From the NCBI GenBank assembly GCA_027053075.1, contig JALUEE010000033.1:64001-128000 (forward strand): a DNA stretch of 64,000 bases, read 5' to 3'. The notes beneath the pieces are model-generated. The model worked only from the letters and a program-made list of their open reading frames with translations, made no database searches and was not told where the DNA came from. This document shows, one piece after another, positions 30,672-40,541 of this stretch. Within the stretch, counting starts at the first letter, position 1; each line of letters begins with the position of its first letter. The translations under genes were made by a program, and so were the position numbers. The DNA is from a candidate division WOR-3 bacterium (GTDB lineage Bacteria > Hydrothermota > Hydrothermia > B15-G9 > WFZT01).

Positions 30672-30935
30672 ATGGACTCCCAAAAACTTCGCAAAGCATC
30701 AAAAGAATTTAACCGCTACAGGGCCCCTGAATGCAGGGTAAAAACCATCAAAAATACCAAAGACAGGCTCGTTGTAAAATTCGAAGGCACGGGGGCAAAT
30801 TTTTACTGCTGCTATGACGAAAATTTCATTGACTACCTATACTACCTGAAAGACCACACCGGTGAGTCCATGAAAATAAAGGATGTTCGTCAGCCCGCAC
30901 CAGATTCGTTTATTGTTATTTACGAAAAAGATTAA
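30672..30935 (+). CDS. Small hypothetical protein with CC motif, archaeal-like
   Basis: MDSQKLRKASKEFNRYRAPE...VKFEG....CCYDENFIDY; start moved to ATG 30672, past the hairpin. Confidence 0.65.
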   Translation: MDSQKLRKASKEFNRYRAPECRVKTIKNTKDRLVVKFEGTGANFYCCYDENFIDYLYYLKDHTGESMKIKDVRQPAPDSFIVIYEKD

Positions 30936-30939
30936 GCCT

Positions 30940-32220
30940 TCACTTCATCAATCCCCACACCCGAGGCAAATACGTTGTCAAAAATGGTGTGTACATGAGC
31001 AAAATCAGGGCTGAGAATGCCGCTATAATGAATGGAACTGCCGCCTTCGATATATCCTCAAAGTCCACTTTCGCAATGTTTGCCGCGACAAATAGATTCA
31101 CCCCTACAGGCGGAGTTATCTGTCCAATGGCGAGATTGATGGTCATAATCACACCAAACCACAGGTAATTCCAGTGAAATTTATCGAGAATCGGGAGCAG
31201 GATCGGCAGGAAGATAAAGTAGATTGAAATGGCATCCAGAAACATACCGGCGAGCAAAAGCAGAATGTTTATCATGAAAATTGCAATTACCGGTGATTTC
31301 CCTATGGACAGAATAAAAGCTGTAATTTTGTCCATCAGCCCAAGGGTTGAACCTGTCCATGAAAAAATTCCGGCGAATGTAACGATTATCATAATCACGG
31401 ATGCGTTTATCGCCGCATCCACCATCAGGTGATAAAGGCTCTTAAAATCGATGGTTCTATAGATAAAAACACCCACAAAGAGGCCGTAAAATACAGCAAC
31501 TGAGGCCGCTTCTGTGGGCGTGAATATTCCACCGTAAATTCCTCCAAGAATGATAACAGGCGCCATAAGCGCCCAGAAGGCATCCTTGAAGCTTATGAGA
31601 AGTTCCTTTAGCGTCGGAAACTCCTCTTTTCTGTAGCCCTCTTTTTTAGAAATAAGGTAAGCCGCTGTCATCAGGGCAAAGCCCACGATTATTCCAGGTA
31701 TAATACCGCCTGCAAAGAGGGCTGGAACAGAAGTATTTGTGATGGTTCCATAGATAATCAAAGCAATACTCGGCGGGATAACAATCCCGAGACTACCAGA
31801 GGCCGCCACAAGAGCGGCGGCAAAATCTGCTCTGTAACCGGCCTTTTTCATGCCCGGTATCAAAATCGTGCTCAGGGCAGCAGTATCAGCAGGTCCGGAG
31901 CCCGAAATCGCAGCCCAGAACATACCTACGAGGACAGTGACAATTGCAAGTCCACCTGTCACAAACCCTGCAAGCTTCTTCATGAAGAGAACCATCTTCT
32001 CCGCCATCCCTGCCCGATCCATGATTACACCAGCCAGAACAAAGAAAGGAATCGCAAGGAGCGGGAATTTGGCAATACCTGAATAAAAATTGGGGGATAG
32101 AACATCAATTCCAAGGTGATAGATATAGATGAAAGAAATCCCTGAGACTGCCAGCGATATAGCAATGGGCACGCCAAAAGCTACAAGTGTCAAAAATATA
32201 ACAAACAGCAAAAACTGCAT
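30940..32220 (-). CDS. dctM: TRAP transporter large permease
   Basis: LLAIPFF, SGS..AD, IPPS, FTPTEA, TPPVG. Confidence 0.95.
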   Translation of the reverse strand: MQFLLFVIFLTLVAFGVPIAISLAVSGISFIYIYHLGIDVLSPNFYSGIAKFPLLAIPFFVLAGVIMDRAGMAEKMVLFMKKLAGFVTGGLAIVTVLVGMFWAAISGSGPADTAALSTILIPGMKKAGYRADFAAALVAASGSLGIVIPPSIALIIYGTITNTSVPALFAGGIIPGIIVGFALMTAAYLISKKEGYRKEEFPTLKELLISFKDAFWALMAPVIILGGIYGGIFTPTEAASVAVFYGLFVGVFIYRTIDFKSLYHLMVDAAINASVIMIIVTFAGIFSWTGSTLGLMDKITAFILSIGKSPVIAIFMINILLLLAGMFLDAISIYFIFLPILLPILDKFHWNYLWFGVIMTINLAIGQITPPVGVNLFVAANIAKVDFEDISKAAVPFIIAAFSALILLMYTPFLTTYLPRVWGLMK

Positions 32221-32222
32221 CT

Positions 32223-32711
32223 TTAGAGCTCCTTGTAAGATTTAACAGCGGTTTCAATAACCCTGAAAATGATAAGTAATGACCCAAACGGCACTCCGGC
32301 AATGTAAATCCATTCTGGTATATTTAAAGCCATGGTCCTGATATTGAGGTCTATCTCGTTTTTAACGTGCCAGATGCTGTAGTAAAAAAGAATGGCGAAA
32401 ACCGCGACAGTTAGAACTGTGGAGAAGATTAGGAAAAACTTCTGTGCACCTCTGGGTAACGCCTTCACAATAAAGCTTACACCAAGATGTGCCTTTCTTT
32501 TAAATGCAAGGGCTGCACCAAACATGGTAAGCCACACGAAGAAATTGACTTCAATCTCCTCAGTAAATGCAAGGGAGTATTTGATAAAATAACGGGTTAT
32601 CACATTCACAAATGCGAGAGTAACGAGCACAGACAGGATGATAAAGAGCATGATTTCTTCGAAGTGGGAGATGAAGTATTTGAGATAATATGTGAAGTTT
32701 TTTCTGGGCAT
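32223..32711 (-). CDS. dctQ: TRAP transporter small permease
   Basis: Four TM segments, V..RY...TEE..W..GA....HL. Confidence 0.92.
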   Translation of the reverse strand: MPRKNFTYYLKYFISHFEEIMLFIILSVLVTLAFVNVITRYFIKYSLAFTEEIEVNFFVWLTMFGAALAFKRKAHLGVSFIVKALPRGAQKFFLIFSTVLTVAVFAILFYYSIWHVKNEIDLNIRTMALNIPEWIYIAGVPFGSLLIIFRVIETAVKSYKEL

Positions 32712-32729
32712 AATTTTTTTTGTTTTTGT

Positions 32730-32762
32730 TGTGCGGGGGGAGCCTTCGGCTCCCCCCTCACA
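32730..32762. other. Intercistronic hairpin between dctP and dctQ
   Basis: GGGGGGAGCC-TTCG-GGCTCCCCCC-type stem; typical position for stabilising the binding-protein mRNA. Confidence 0.6.
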
Positions 32763-32768
32763 GTTTTT

Positions 32769-33803
32769 TTACTGTACCTTACTTATTGCTTCTTCTGCCG
32801 CTTTCACAAGATCACGTCCGATAACGGGAACCCATTTCTTATAAACCTTCTTGGTCTTCGCCTTAAATGCTGCCCTTTCCTGATCGTTCAGGATGGTTAC
32901 ATGCATACCCTTTGACTTGAGGTATTCGATAGCCATGAGGTTGCCGCCGACCAGTCCGCACCTTGCCTTTGCTACCTCTTCGGCAAGAGCAATCTCAGCA
33001 GCCTCACGGATGGCCTTTTGATCCTCTGGTGTGAAGGAGTTCCAAACCTTCTTGTTGACACCCATAATGAGAGGGTCAATTAGGTAATGCCAGATAGTGA
33101 TGTATTTGTGGAATTCGTAAACCTTGTAAGGAATGATAACCACGTTGATCGGGTTTTCCTGCCCGTCAACTACGCCCTGTCTGAATGCAGTTACAGCCTC
33201 ACCCCAGTTCATGGATGTGGGATTCGCACCGAGTGCTCTGTAGATGTCAATGAAAATAGGGGAGCCTACGACCCTGATCTTGAGTCCCTTTAAGTCATCA
33301 GGTGTCTTGATAGGGTGTTTACTGTTTGTAATCTCTCTGAATCCGTTCTCTCCCCAGCCGAGGCCAACAACACCCAGCTTATCAAGCTGCTCGAAGATCA
33401 TCTTCCCGGGCTTCCCATGTGTCACTGCATCAACCTGGGCATATCCCTTGTCTCCGGCAGCAAAGAAGAAGGGCAGGGAGAACAGGTTGAGGGATTTTAC
33501 CGTTGTTGACCAGTTGATGGTGGAGCCGAGGGCAAAATCTGCGACGCCGCTTTTGAGGAGCAGAAACTCATTGGTCTGCTTTCCAGCGAAGAGCTGACCA
33601 CTGAAATACGGCTTGATGTTTACTCTACCGTGGGTTTTCTCCTTGACGAGCTGAACAAATCTTGTAGCAGCTTCGCCCCATGGCCCTTTGGGACCTACCA
33701 CTACACTGAGTTTGTACTCCTTCTTGTACTTGGCATGGAGTGCATTGGGCACAAACCCAATGACCAACGCCAGTGCTATTAGTGTGCTGATTACTTTACG
33801 CAT
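32769..33803 (-). CDS. dctP: TRAP substrate-binding protein
   Basis: Signal peptide, ENGFR, DLKGLKIRV, GVVDGQENP. Confidence 0.95.
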   Translation of the reverse strand: MRKVISTLIALALVIGFVPNALHAKYKKEYKLSVVVGPKGPWGEAATRFVQLVKEKTHGRVNIKPYFSGQLFAGKQTNEFLLLKSGVADFALGSTINWSTTVKSLNLFSLPFFFAAGDKGYAQVDAVTHGKPGKMIFEQLDKLGVVGLGWGENGFREITNSKHPIKTPDDLKGLKIRVVGSPIFIDIYRALGANPTSMNWGEAVTAFRQGVVDGQENPINVVIIPYKVYEFHKYITIWHYLIDPLIMGVNKKVWNSFTPEDQKAIREAAEIALAEEVAKARCGLVGGNLMAIEYLKSKGMHVTILNDQERAAFKAKTKKVYKKWVPVIGRDLVKAAEEAISKVQ

Positions 33804-33817
33804 AATCTAACCTCCTT

Positions 33818-34216
33818 TTAATCCTTGTTCTGGGCGATTTGAAAGCTTATATCGCCCTCATCGTTTATTGCCGTGGCAATGAGCCAGGCGACTCCCTGGG
33901 CCGGTTTTTCCTCTAAAAACCGGATACCCTTACCTTTTAGCTCCTCCATATCCTTTTCGATATCCGTGGAAAGATACGCAACGTGATACAACCCCTCTCC
34001 GTGCTTTTCCAAAAATCTGTAGGAAGGTGAGCCAGGTTTCAAAGGCTTGATAACTTCCACGTACTGCTCACCAGTTTTCATGAGCACGATATCAAGGTCC
34101 CAGGGCTCGTAGTAAAGTTTTTTGACAAATTCGAACCCAAGGACCTCCTGGAAATACTTCGCGAGACCGTCAAGGTCCCGCGTAATGTAGGCTATATGAT
34201 GAACCCCCTTTATCAT
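33818..34216 (-). CDS. VOC family metalloprotein (methylmalonyl-CoA epimerase/glyoxalase-like)
   Basis: HHIAY, E.I.P, FL..HGEGLYHVAY. Confidence 0.85.
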   Translation of the reverse strand: MIKGVHHIAYITRDLDGLAKYFQEVLGFEFVKKLYYEPWDLDIVLMKTGEQYVEVIKPLKPGSPSYRFLEKHGEGLYHVAYLSTDIEKDMEELKGKGIRFLEEKPAQGVAWLIATAINDEGDISFQIAQNKD

Positions 34217-35412
34217 AGCTCCTCCAGGTTTTCCAAATAATCTTTAAGGGCCTTCAAAAATGCAGCTGCCGGTGCGCCATCAACTGCCCTGTGGTCAAAC
34301 ACAAGAGTTAGCTTTACTGTGGGCTTTGCATAGATTCCACCGTTTTTAACCACTGCGCGATCCATGATGGAGCCTATTCCAAGAATGGCAATCTGCGGAG
34401 GATTGATGACCGGGGTAAACCAGTCAATGTCATAGATGCCGAGGTTTGAAACCGAGAAGGTCCCGCCTTCAAGGTCCTGAAATTCAAGCTTTCCACTCCT
34501 TGCCCTCTCGGCCAGCTTCCTTGCCTCTCTTGCCACTTCCACAAGGGATTTTTCATCCGCCTTTTTGATCACAGGAGATATGAGCCCTTTCTCTGTGTCA
34601 ACTGCCATGGAAATATTGACTTCATCAAAGAGCTCAATCCCTTCATCTTTGACAATACCATTCATGTAAATGAAATCTTTTAAAACATTAGCCACTGCTT
34701 TAATAAAGATGTCGTTATAAGAGATTTTAACGTCATGCCATCTATTTTTCACGCGCTCCCTGAATACCACCAGCTTTGAGGCATCAACTTCAACGGTTTC
34801 CGCCACCCTCGGAGCCTGCCAGGCCTGTGTGAGTCTCTTTTTGATAGTGCCTCTAATGCCTTCAAAGGGAATAAATTTGCCTGCCGGAATTTTTGGAGCA
34901 GGGGCTGAGGGCTTTTCCTCTTTGAGGCTCGCGGCATACTTTTCCACATCTTCGCGGGTAATTCTGCCACGTGGCCCCGTGCCTTTTACTTTTGCAAGGT
35001 CGACCCCGAGTTCCCTTGCCAGTTTTTTAGCCGCCGGTGAGGCAATTATCCTTGCAGGTTTTGGAGCTTCCTCTTTCCTCACAACCTCTTCCTTCTCCTG
35101 GGGTTTTTCTTCCTCTTCCTCTAATTCCTCAGGCTGTGAAAGCCTCTCAAGGTCCTCATCGGTGAGGGTTTCTCCAGCGGCAGCCACAATTCCAATCACA
35201 GTACCGGGTGGCACCTCCTCACCCTCATGAACGAGTATTTTGTAAAGAATTCCATCCGCAGGAGATTCTAACTCGTACTCGATCTTTTCTGTAAGGATAT
35301 CTGCCACGACTTCGCCTTTTTTGACCTCATCTCCTTCCTTCTTCCGCCACGAGCCCACCTTCCCGGTCTCCATCGTCAGTCCGAGTTTTGGCATCACAAG
35401 TTTCCAGGCCAT
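34213..35412 (-). CDS. Dihydrolipoamide acyltransferase E2
   Basis: MPKLG.TM, lipoyl TEKI, E3-binding ASPAAK..GTGP.GRI, catalytic DHR.VDG. Confidence 0.94.
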   Translation of the reverse strand: MAWKLVMPKLGLTMETGKVGSWRKKEGDEVKKGEVVADILTEKIEYELESPADGILYKILVHEGEEVPPGTVIGIVAAAGETLTDEDLERLSQPEELEEEEEKPQEKEEVVRKEEAPKPARIIASPAAKKLARELGVDLAKVKGTGPRGRITREDVEKYAASLKEEKPSAPAPKIPAGKFIPFEGIRGTIKKRLTQAWQAPRVAETVEVDASKLVVFRERVKNRWHDVKISYNDIFIKAVANVLKDFIYMNGIVKDEGIELFDEVNISMAVDTEKGLISPVIKKADEKSLVEVAREARKLAERARSGKLEFQDLEGGTFSVSNLGIYDIDWFTPVINPPQIAILGIGSIMDRAVVKNGGIYAKPTVKLTLVFDHRAVDGAPAAAFLKALKDYLENLEEL

Positions 35413-35413
35413 C

Positions 35414-36391
35414 TTATGCCTCCTCCAACACCTTTTTTACTGCCCTGTAAACATCTTCTGCATCAGGTATGACCCTCTTTTCAAGCGGTGGGCTAAACGG
35501 AATCGGTGTATGCTCAGCGCCTACTCTTACAATGGGAGCGTCAAGGTAATCGAAGAGTTTTTCCTGAATCTGGGATGCAAGCTCAGCACCTACACCACCA
35601 ACCTTCCACGACTCGTGAGCAATTACAACGTGGCCGGTCTTCTTCACAGATTCAGCGATGAGATCAAAATCGAAGGGCCAGACGGTCCTAAGGTCAATTA
35701 CCTCTACACTGATTCCCTCACCTTCAAGCTTTTTCGCAGCTTCAAGTGAGTGGTGGACCATCATCGAGTATGTAATCACCGTGACATCATTACCTTCCCT
35801 CTTCACGTCCGCCTTTTTCAATGGAATCACATACTCTTCCTCGGGAACAGGTCCCTTGAACTTGAAAAGTTTCTTGTGCTGGAAAAATAGCACGAGGTCG
35901 TCGTCCCGCAACGCCGATTTTAAAAGACCTTTAACATCGTAAGGAGTCGAGGGGACAACAACTTTCATACCCGGGGCATGCATAAACCAGGCCTCGAAGG
36001 ATTTGGAGTGATGAGGACCGGCTGAGAGCCCGGCACCATCAGGAGCCCATATCACAAGAGGCATCTTTGATTGTCCACCAAACATATACCTCATGGTGGC
36101 CGCCTGAGACACTATTTCATCCATGGTAATGGTGATAAAGTCGGCAAAATGCAGGTCCACAAGAGGTCTCATGCCTGTGAGGGCTGCGCCAACACCTGCG
36201 CCTACAATGGCAGTTTCTGAAATTGGTGTGTCAAGGATTCTGTCAGGGAATTTCTCTGGTATTCCGACAAACTGCCCAAAAATTCCTCCATGAGCGGTGA
36301 GGTCCTCCCCGATAATGAAGATCCCGGGGTCTTTTGACATCTCTTCCATTAAAGCCTCGGCAGTTGCCTGAGCAATTGTGATTTCTCTCAT
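35414..36391 (-). CDS. 2-oxoacid/acetoin dehydrogenase E1 beta
   Basis: GED, DTPISE, HS, PSTPYD.KGLL, IDLR, LDAP. Confidence 0.94.
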   Translation of the reverse strand: MREITIAQATAEALMEEMSKDPGIFIIGEDLTAHGGIFGQFVGIPEKFPDRILDTPISETAIVGAGVGAALTGMRPLVDLHFADFITITMDEIVSQAATMRYMFGGQSKMPLVIWAPDGAGLSAGPHHSKSFEAWFMHAPGMKVVVPSTPYDVKGLLKSALRDDDLVLFFQHKKLFKFKGPVPEEEYVIPLKKADVKREGNDVTVITYSMMVHHSLEAAKKLEGEGISVEVIDLRTVWPFDFDLIAESVKKTGHVVIAHESWKVGGVGAELASQIQEKLFDYLDAPIVRVGAEHTPIPFSPPLEKRVIPDAEDVYRAVKKVLEEA

Positions 36392-37371
36392 TTCAATCCC
36401 TCCTCAAGTGGATTAACAAAAACATCTTTGAGGGCTTCCTCAGGATCAGGATAGGGGCTTTCTTCTGCAAATTTCACAGCCTCGTCAGCTTCCTTCTGGT
36501 ACTCTTCCCAGATAGCCTTCTTTTCCTCTTCCGTAAGCCAGCCATTTTCAAATGCGATCTTTTCGAACCTTCCGATGGGCTCCTGCTTCCAGAATTTTTC
36601 GACCTCTTCGTGTGTTCTGTACTTTTCAGGGTCACCAATGAAATGTCCCTTGAGCCTGTAGGTCTGACAGCTCATGAGTGTGGGCCCTTCACCGCGTCTC
36701 GCCCTTTCTACTGCTTCCTTTGCCGCCTCGTAAACAGCAATCACATCGTTGCCATCGCAGCGGACACCGGGAACATTGTATGCCGATGCCCTCTGCGCCA
36801 CATGCTCGACTGAAAGGGTTCTCACCTTCCTTGTGGTGGATGCAAACTGGTTGTCCTCGTTTACAAAGATGATCGGCAACTTCCAGATGGAAGCCATATT
36901 CATAGCCTCGTGAAAGGTGCCGCGGTTGGCAGCTCCATCACCAAAGTATGCCACTACAACCTGGTCTGTTTTTCTAAGCTTAATAGAGAGTCCAGCACCC
37001 ACAGAGATGGGAAACTGACCACCAACAACTCCGTTGGCACCAAGCATACCTATGGAGAAATCCGCGATGTGCATGGAACCGCCCTTCCCTTTGCAGTAGC
37101 CAGTGAATTTTCCATAATTCTCAGCCATCATTTTTTTCATATCCCCACCCTTTGCGAGGGTATGACCATGACCACGGTGGGTTGAGAGGATGTAATCATT
37201 AATTCTCAAATTTGCGCTGACTCCGGCAGCAATTGCCTCCTCTCCAATATAAAGGTGCACAAAACCGGGTAATTTTCCTTCGAGAAATAGCTTCTCTGTA
37301 ACGGTTTCAAAAACCCGGATGCGCACCATTGTACGGTACAGCTTTAAGGCTAAATCTTTATCAATAGCCAT
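36388..37371 (-). CDS. 2-oxoacid/acetoin dehydrogenase E1 alpha
   Basis: GFVHLYIGEEA, THRGHGH, GKGGSMH, TPP motif GDGA..N, TYR..GH. Confidence 0.94.
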   Translation of the reverse strand: MAIDKDLALKLYRTMVRIRVFETVTEKLFLEGKLPGFVHLYIGEEAIAAGVSANLRINDYILSTHRGHGHTLAKGGDMKKMMAENYGKFTGYCKGKGGSMHIADFSIGMLGANGVVGGQFPISVGAGLSIKLRKTDQVVVAYFGDGAANRGTFHEAMNMASIWKLPIIFVNEDNQFASTTRKVRTLSVEHVAQRASAYNVPGVRCDGNDVIAVYEAAKEAVERARRGEGPTLMSCQTYRLKGHFIGDPEKYRTHEEVEKFWKQEPIGRFEKIAFENGWLTEEEKKAIWEEYQKEADEAVKFAEESPYPDPEEALKDVFVNPLEEGLK

Positions 37372-38014
37372 AACTTACCTCCTTTTTCGGACTTTCGATA
37401 ATTTCATCAATTCCCAGGGTTTGCCTTAATTTTTCTAAGTAAAGCTCCTTGATATGCTCCATATCCATAGTTTGCCCGAGGAGCTCTGACAAAGATGTCA
37501 TTTTTACATTTTGAATCCCGCATGGGACAATCATGTCAAAATATTTGAGGTCAACATTGATATTGAGGGCAATGCCATGAAAAGTTACCCATTTCCTTAC
37601 TGCCAGTCCCACAGAGGCAATTTTCATATCATCTATCCATACGCCAGGGTAACCTTTTTTTATATAAGCATCAAATCCAAACTCGCGGAAAAGCTCCGCT
37701 CCAGCCTCAAGAATGCTGTGGGATAGCTCATGCACATCGCTTACTTTGAAGATAAAATAGGCCACGAGCTGACCGGGACCGTGAAAGGTGATATTTCCGC
37801 CCCTTTCCACTTCATAAACAGGGATATTGTTGGTAGGATTTATCAGATTTTCGCGTCCCCCATGCTTTCCGATGGTAAAAACTGGATAATGCTCGCAGAA
37901 TACAATGGTATCCGGTATCTTATCACCAATCCTGTATTCAACGAGCTCTTTCTGGAACTCCCAGACTTCTTTATAGTCACGGAGTCCCAGGTCGTAGAAG
38001 AGCGCAGCTCTCAT
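37361..38014 (-). CDS. lipB: Lipoyl(octanoyl) transferase
   Basis: EH.PVFT.G, RGG.ITFHGPGQ, KIAS.G, HG.ALN, PCG. Confidence 0.95.
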   Translation of the reverse strand: MRAALFYDLGLRDYKEVWEFQKELVEYRIGDKIPDTIVFCEHYPVFTIGKHGGRENLINPTNNIPVYEVERGGNITFHGPGQLVAYFIFKVSDVHELSHSILEAGAELFREFGFDAYIKKGYPGVWIDDMKIASVGLAVRKWVTFHGIALNINVDLKYFDMIVPCGIQNVKMTSLSELLGQTMDMEHIKELYLEKLRQTLGIDEIIESPKKEVSYGY

Positions 38015-38093
38015 CAATTACCACTATGGCAATTTTCCTGCCACTCAAGAAATCAAGATTTTATGGGGATTCTGGAGGATTCAGATTCTGAAA

Positions 38094-38114
38094 GATGTAA
38101 ACTTTATTTACATC
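38094..38114. promoter_or_regulatory. Palindromic operator candidate upstream of the lipB operon
   Basis: GATGTAAA-CTTTA-TTTACATC; minus-strand TTGACA hexamers near 38127-38132 and 38150-38155. Confidence 0.5.
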
Positions 38115-38407
38115 CATGTAAAAACCTGTCAATAACATTCAAAGTTTTATGTCAACAAATTTTACACACTGAGATATTTGGTTCCTTGCAGAGAAGAAAT
38201 CAGCAAGCCTATTTCCTGGTTCCTCTCGAAGATATCTAAAAATTATTGGGGCCAGTTCTGTAAATCTTTTCTGAATGGAAAAACTTTGTTTTGCCAGATG
38301 ACCACTTGGAATCGCAAGGAGGATACATTTTTGTAAATGAATTGGATTTATCTTCTCCGATGGTTATTCATAGGAACAGCGCAGAGATATTTAGATATCT
38401 TGTACAC

Positions 38408-38749
38408 TTACATCAATTCATCCTTTATTTTCAACATTTTTTTCTTCAGATCAGGGATGTCTTTTTTAACAACTTCCCACGTTAATTCTAAATCTATTCC
38501 GAAATACTCGTGAATTAGAATATCCCGCATACCGGCAATCTTTTTCCATGGAACTTCTGGATATTTTTCTTTTATCTCATCTGGAATGTTTTTGACTGCT
38601 TCTCCAATAATTTCAATACGACGTATGATCGCATCTTGGAGTTGAACTGATTCAAAGAAATCCTCTTCTGTTTTGTCTTCAGAATAATTTTCTATCAGTT
38701 CGATAGACTCCAGTACGTGTTCTATAAATATCTTGGGATCTTTTCTCAC
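38408..38749 (-). CDS. HEPN (DUF86/HepT-type) RNase toxin
   Basis: [22 protein letters not shown] (RX4HXY). Confidence 0.92.
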   Translation of the reverse strand: MRKDPKIFIEHVLESIELIENYSEDKTEEDFFESVQLQDAIIRRIEIIGEAVKNIPDEIKEKYPEVPWKKIAGMRDILIHEYFGIDLELTWEVVKKDIPDLKKKMLKIKDELM

Positions 38750-39036
38750 AGAATTTTCTCTTGTTCACTCAATATTTTCTCCCTGAGCAGGGGATGAAGG
38801 GATTTATAAGTTACGACATCTACCTTCCTTTTCAGCAGTTCTTCCAATTCTAACTTCAATCCTACAAGGTCCAATAGACTCTTTTTTCCTTCAAATTCAA
38901 TTAGTAAATCTATGTCACTGTCTTCAGTAGCCTCTCCTCTAACTATTGACCCAAAAAGAGCAGCTCTTTTAACCCCATGTTTTTTTAAAACTTTGATAAG
39001 TGTTTTTTCCATTTCCTCGATCTGATTCTTACTCAT
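38746..39036 (-). CDS. MNT minimal nucleotidyltransferase antitoxin
   Basis: LFGS..RGE...DSDID (GSX10DXD), KVD; start at ATG 39036 after GAGGT; 4-nt overlap with the HEPN gene. Confidence 0.92.
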   Translation of the reverse strand: MSKNQIEEMEKTLIKVLKKHGVKRAALFGSIVRGEATEDSDIDLLIEFEGKKSLLDLVGLKLELEELLKRKVDVVTYKSLHPLLREKILSEQEKIL

Positions 39037-39257
39037 GTTTTTTACCTCATTCGGCATGTTATGTATCCAGACTACTCGACATACTCGCGAATCTATCATG
39101 GATTATATACGAAGCTTTTAGCATGTCAACCCTCAACAGGGTCTGTTTGCAAAGAGAAAAACATCTTCGACATATTCGCTTTCCACGATGTCCTACCTCC
39201 CTCGCGGTTTGTTTAGAGTTGTGTTTGCTTTAATATTATTGGTCAGACTTAAGAGGA

Positions 39258-40541
39258 GTGAATCCCGTTATGGTTGTTATTCTTACTATCGTTGTTCTTG
39301 GTGTCATAATTTTTGCCCATGAATTTGGTCATTACATCGCGGCTAAATCTGTTGGGATATACGTGGAGACCTTTTCCATAGGTTTTGGTCCAAAGATATT
39401 CTCCTTCAGATTCTGGGATACAGAATGGGTACTTGCCGCCATACCCTTTGGCGGATACGTAAAGATGAAGGGGGATAACCCGGAGGAGGCGGCTTTTTCG
39501 GGTGATGAATTTCTCGGTAAACCAGTTCCTGCCCGCATCTTAGTGGTATTATCCGGTCCTATGATGAACCTCATACTTGGATTTGTTCTCTTTTTTGCGG
39601 CTTACAACATGGTGGGATTCACCTCAATTCCGGGAGACCGTGTTTACAAGGTGGAGCCCCATTCTATCGCACAGACGGCAGGTTTCGAGCCAGGGGACGA
39701 AATAATCTCTATTGACGGGGTCCCGTTCAGATACTGGGACAACTTCTTCAAAATTCTTTTAAAACCGGGCAAGCACCTTGTCGAGGTTAAAAGAGACGGA
39801 AAAATTGTAAAACTCCATGTTTCCTATCAGGACTCCCTTAAAATTGGCTTAATACCGTACATTCCGCCTGTAATAGGTCACGTGAGAAAGGGAGGTCCTG
39901 CCGATAAGGCAGGTTTACAGCCGGGGGATACGATTGTAGCAATAAACGGAAAACCCATAGACAGCTGGAACGCAATGGTGGATGTCATAAAGTCACATCC
40001 CGGGATCCCCTTGGAGATAACCGTTTCAAGACACGGTAAACTCATTACCTTCAAAGTTACCCCTGAAGTTAAAACAGACCAGACTGGTAAAAAAGTGGGC
40101 ATGATCGGCATTATGTCCCCGGTTATAAAAGTTAAACTGCCGCCTGGAGAAGCGCTGGATATAGCAACAAAGCGTACTATCTCTTCTGCGATTCTCATTT
40201 TTGATGTTCTCGGTAAACTGGTTGTGAGAAAAGTTTCTATCAAGCAAATCGGTGGACCTGTAATGATCGGCAAGGTACTCGGTGAATCATACAGTTATGG
40301 ACTATACACCCTGCTCGTGGTGATTGCCCTTATCTCCATTAATCTGTTTGTGATAAATGTCATTCCATTCCCGGCTCTTGATGGTTGGTACGTACTGATG
40401 TTTCTCATAGAGGGTATCAGAGGTAAGCCTGTTTCTATCAAAACCCAGGCAGCCCTGCAGAGAATTGGCTTCGCCTTTCTAATTGCCTTCATGCTCATAG
40501 TCACATTCTTTGATATCTCAAGGCTTTTTGGTGGAAAGTAA
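39258..40541 (+). CDS. rseP: RIP metalloprotease RseP with two PDZ domains
   Basis: HEFGH, FSIGFG, GGYVKM, GP.MN, N..P.PALDG. Confidence 0.95.
   Translation: MNPVMVVILTIVVLGVIIFAHEFGHYIAAKSVGIYVETFSIGFGPKIFSFRFWDTEWVLAAIPFGGYVKMKGDNPEEAAFSGDEFLGKPVPARILVVLSGPMMNLILGFVLFFAAYNMVGFTSIPGDRVYKVEPHSIAQTAGFEPGDEIISIDGVPFRYWDNFFKILLKPGKHLVEVKRDGKIVKLHVSYQDSLKIGLIPYIPPVIGHVRKGGPADKAGLQPGDTIVAINGKPIDSWNAMVDVIKSHPGIPLEITVSRHGKLITFKVTPEVKTDQTGKKVGMIGIMSPVIKVKLPPGEALDIATKRTISSAILIFDVLGKLVVRKVSIKQIGGPVMIGKVLGESYSYGLYTLLVVIALISINLFVINVIPFPALDGWYVLMFLIEGIRGKPVSIKTQAALQRIGFAFLIAFMLIVTFFDISRLFGGK

Noticed and set aside
37730..38485. Plus-strand ORFs 37730..38239 and 38291..38485
   Set aside because: Antisense to lipB and HEPN and spanning promoter DNA; no family features.
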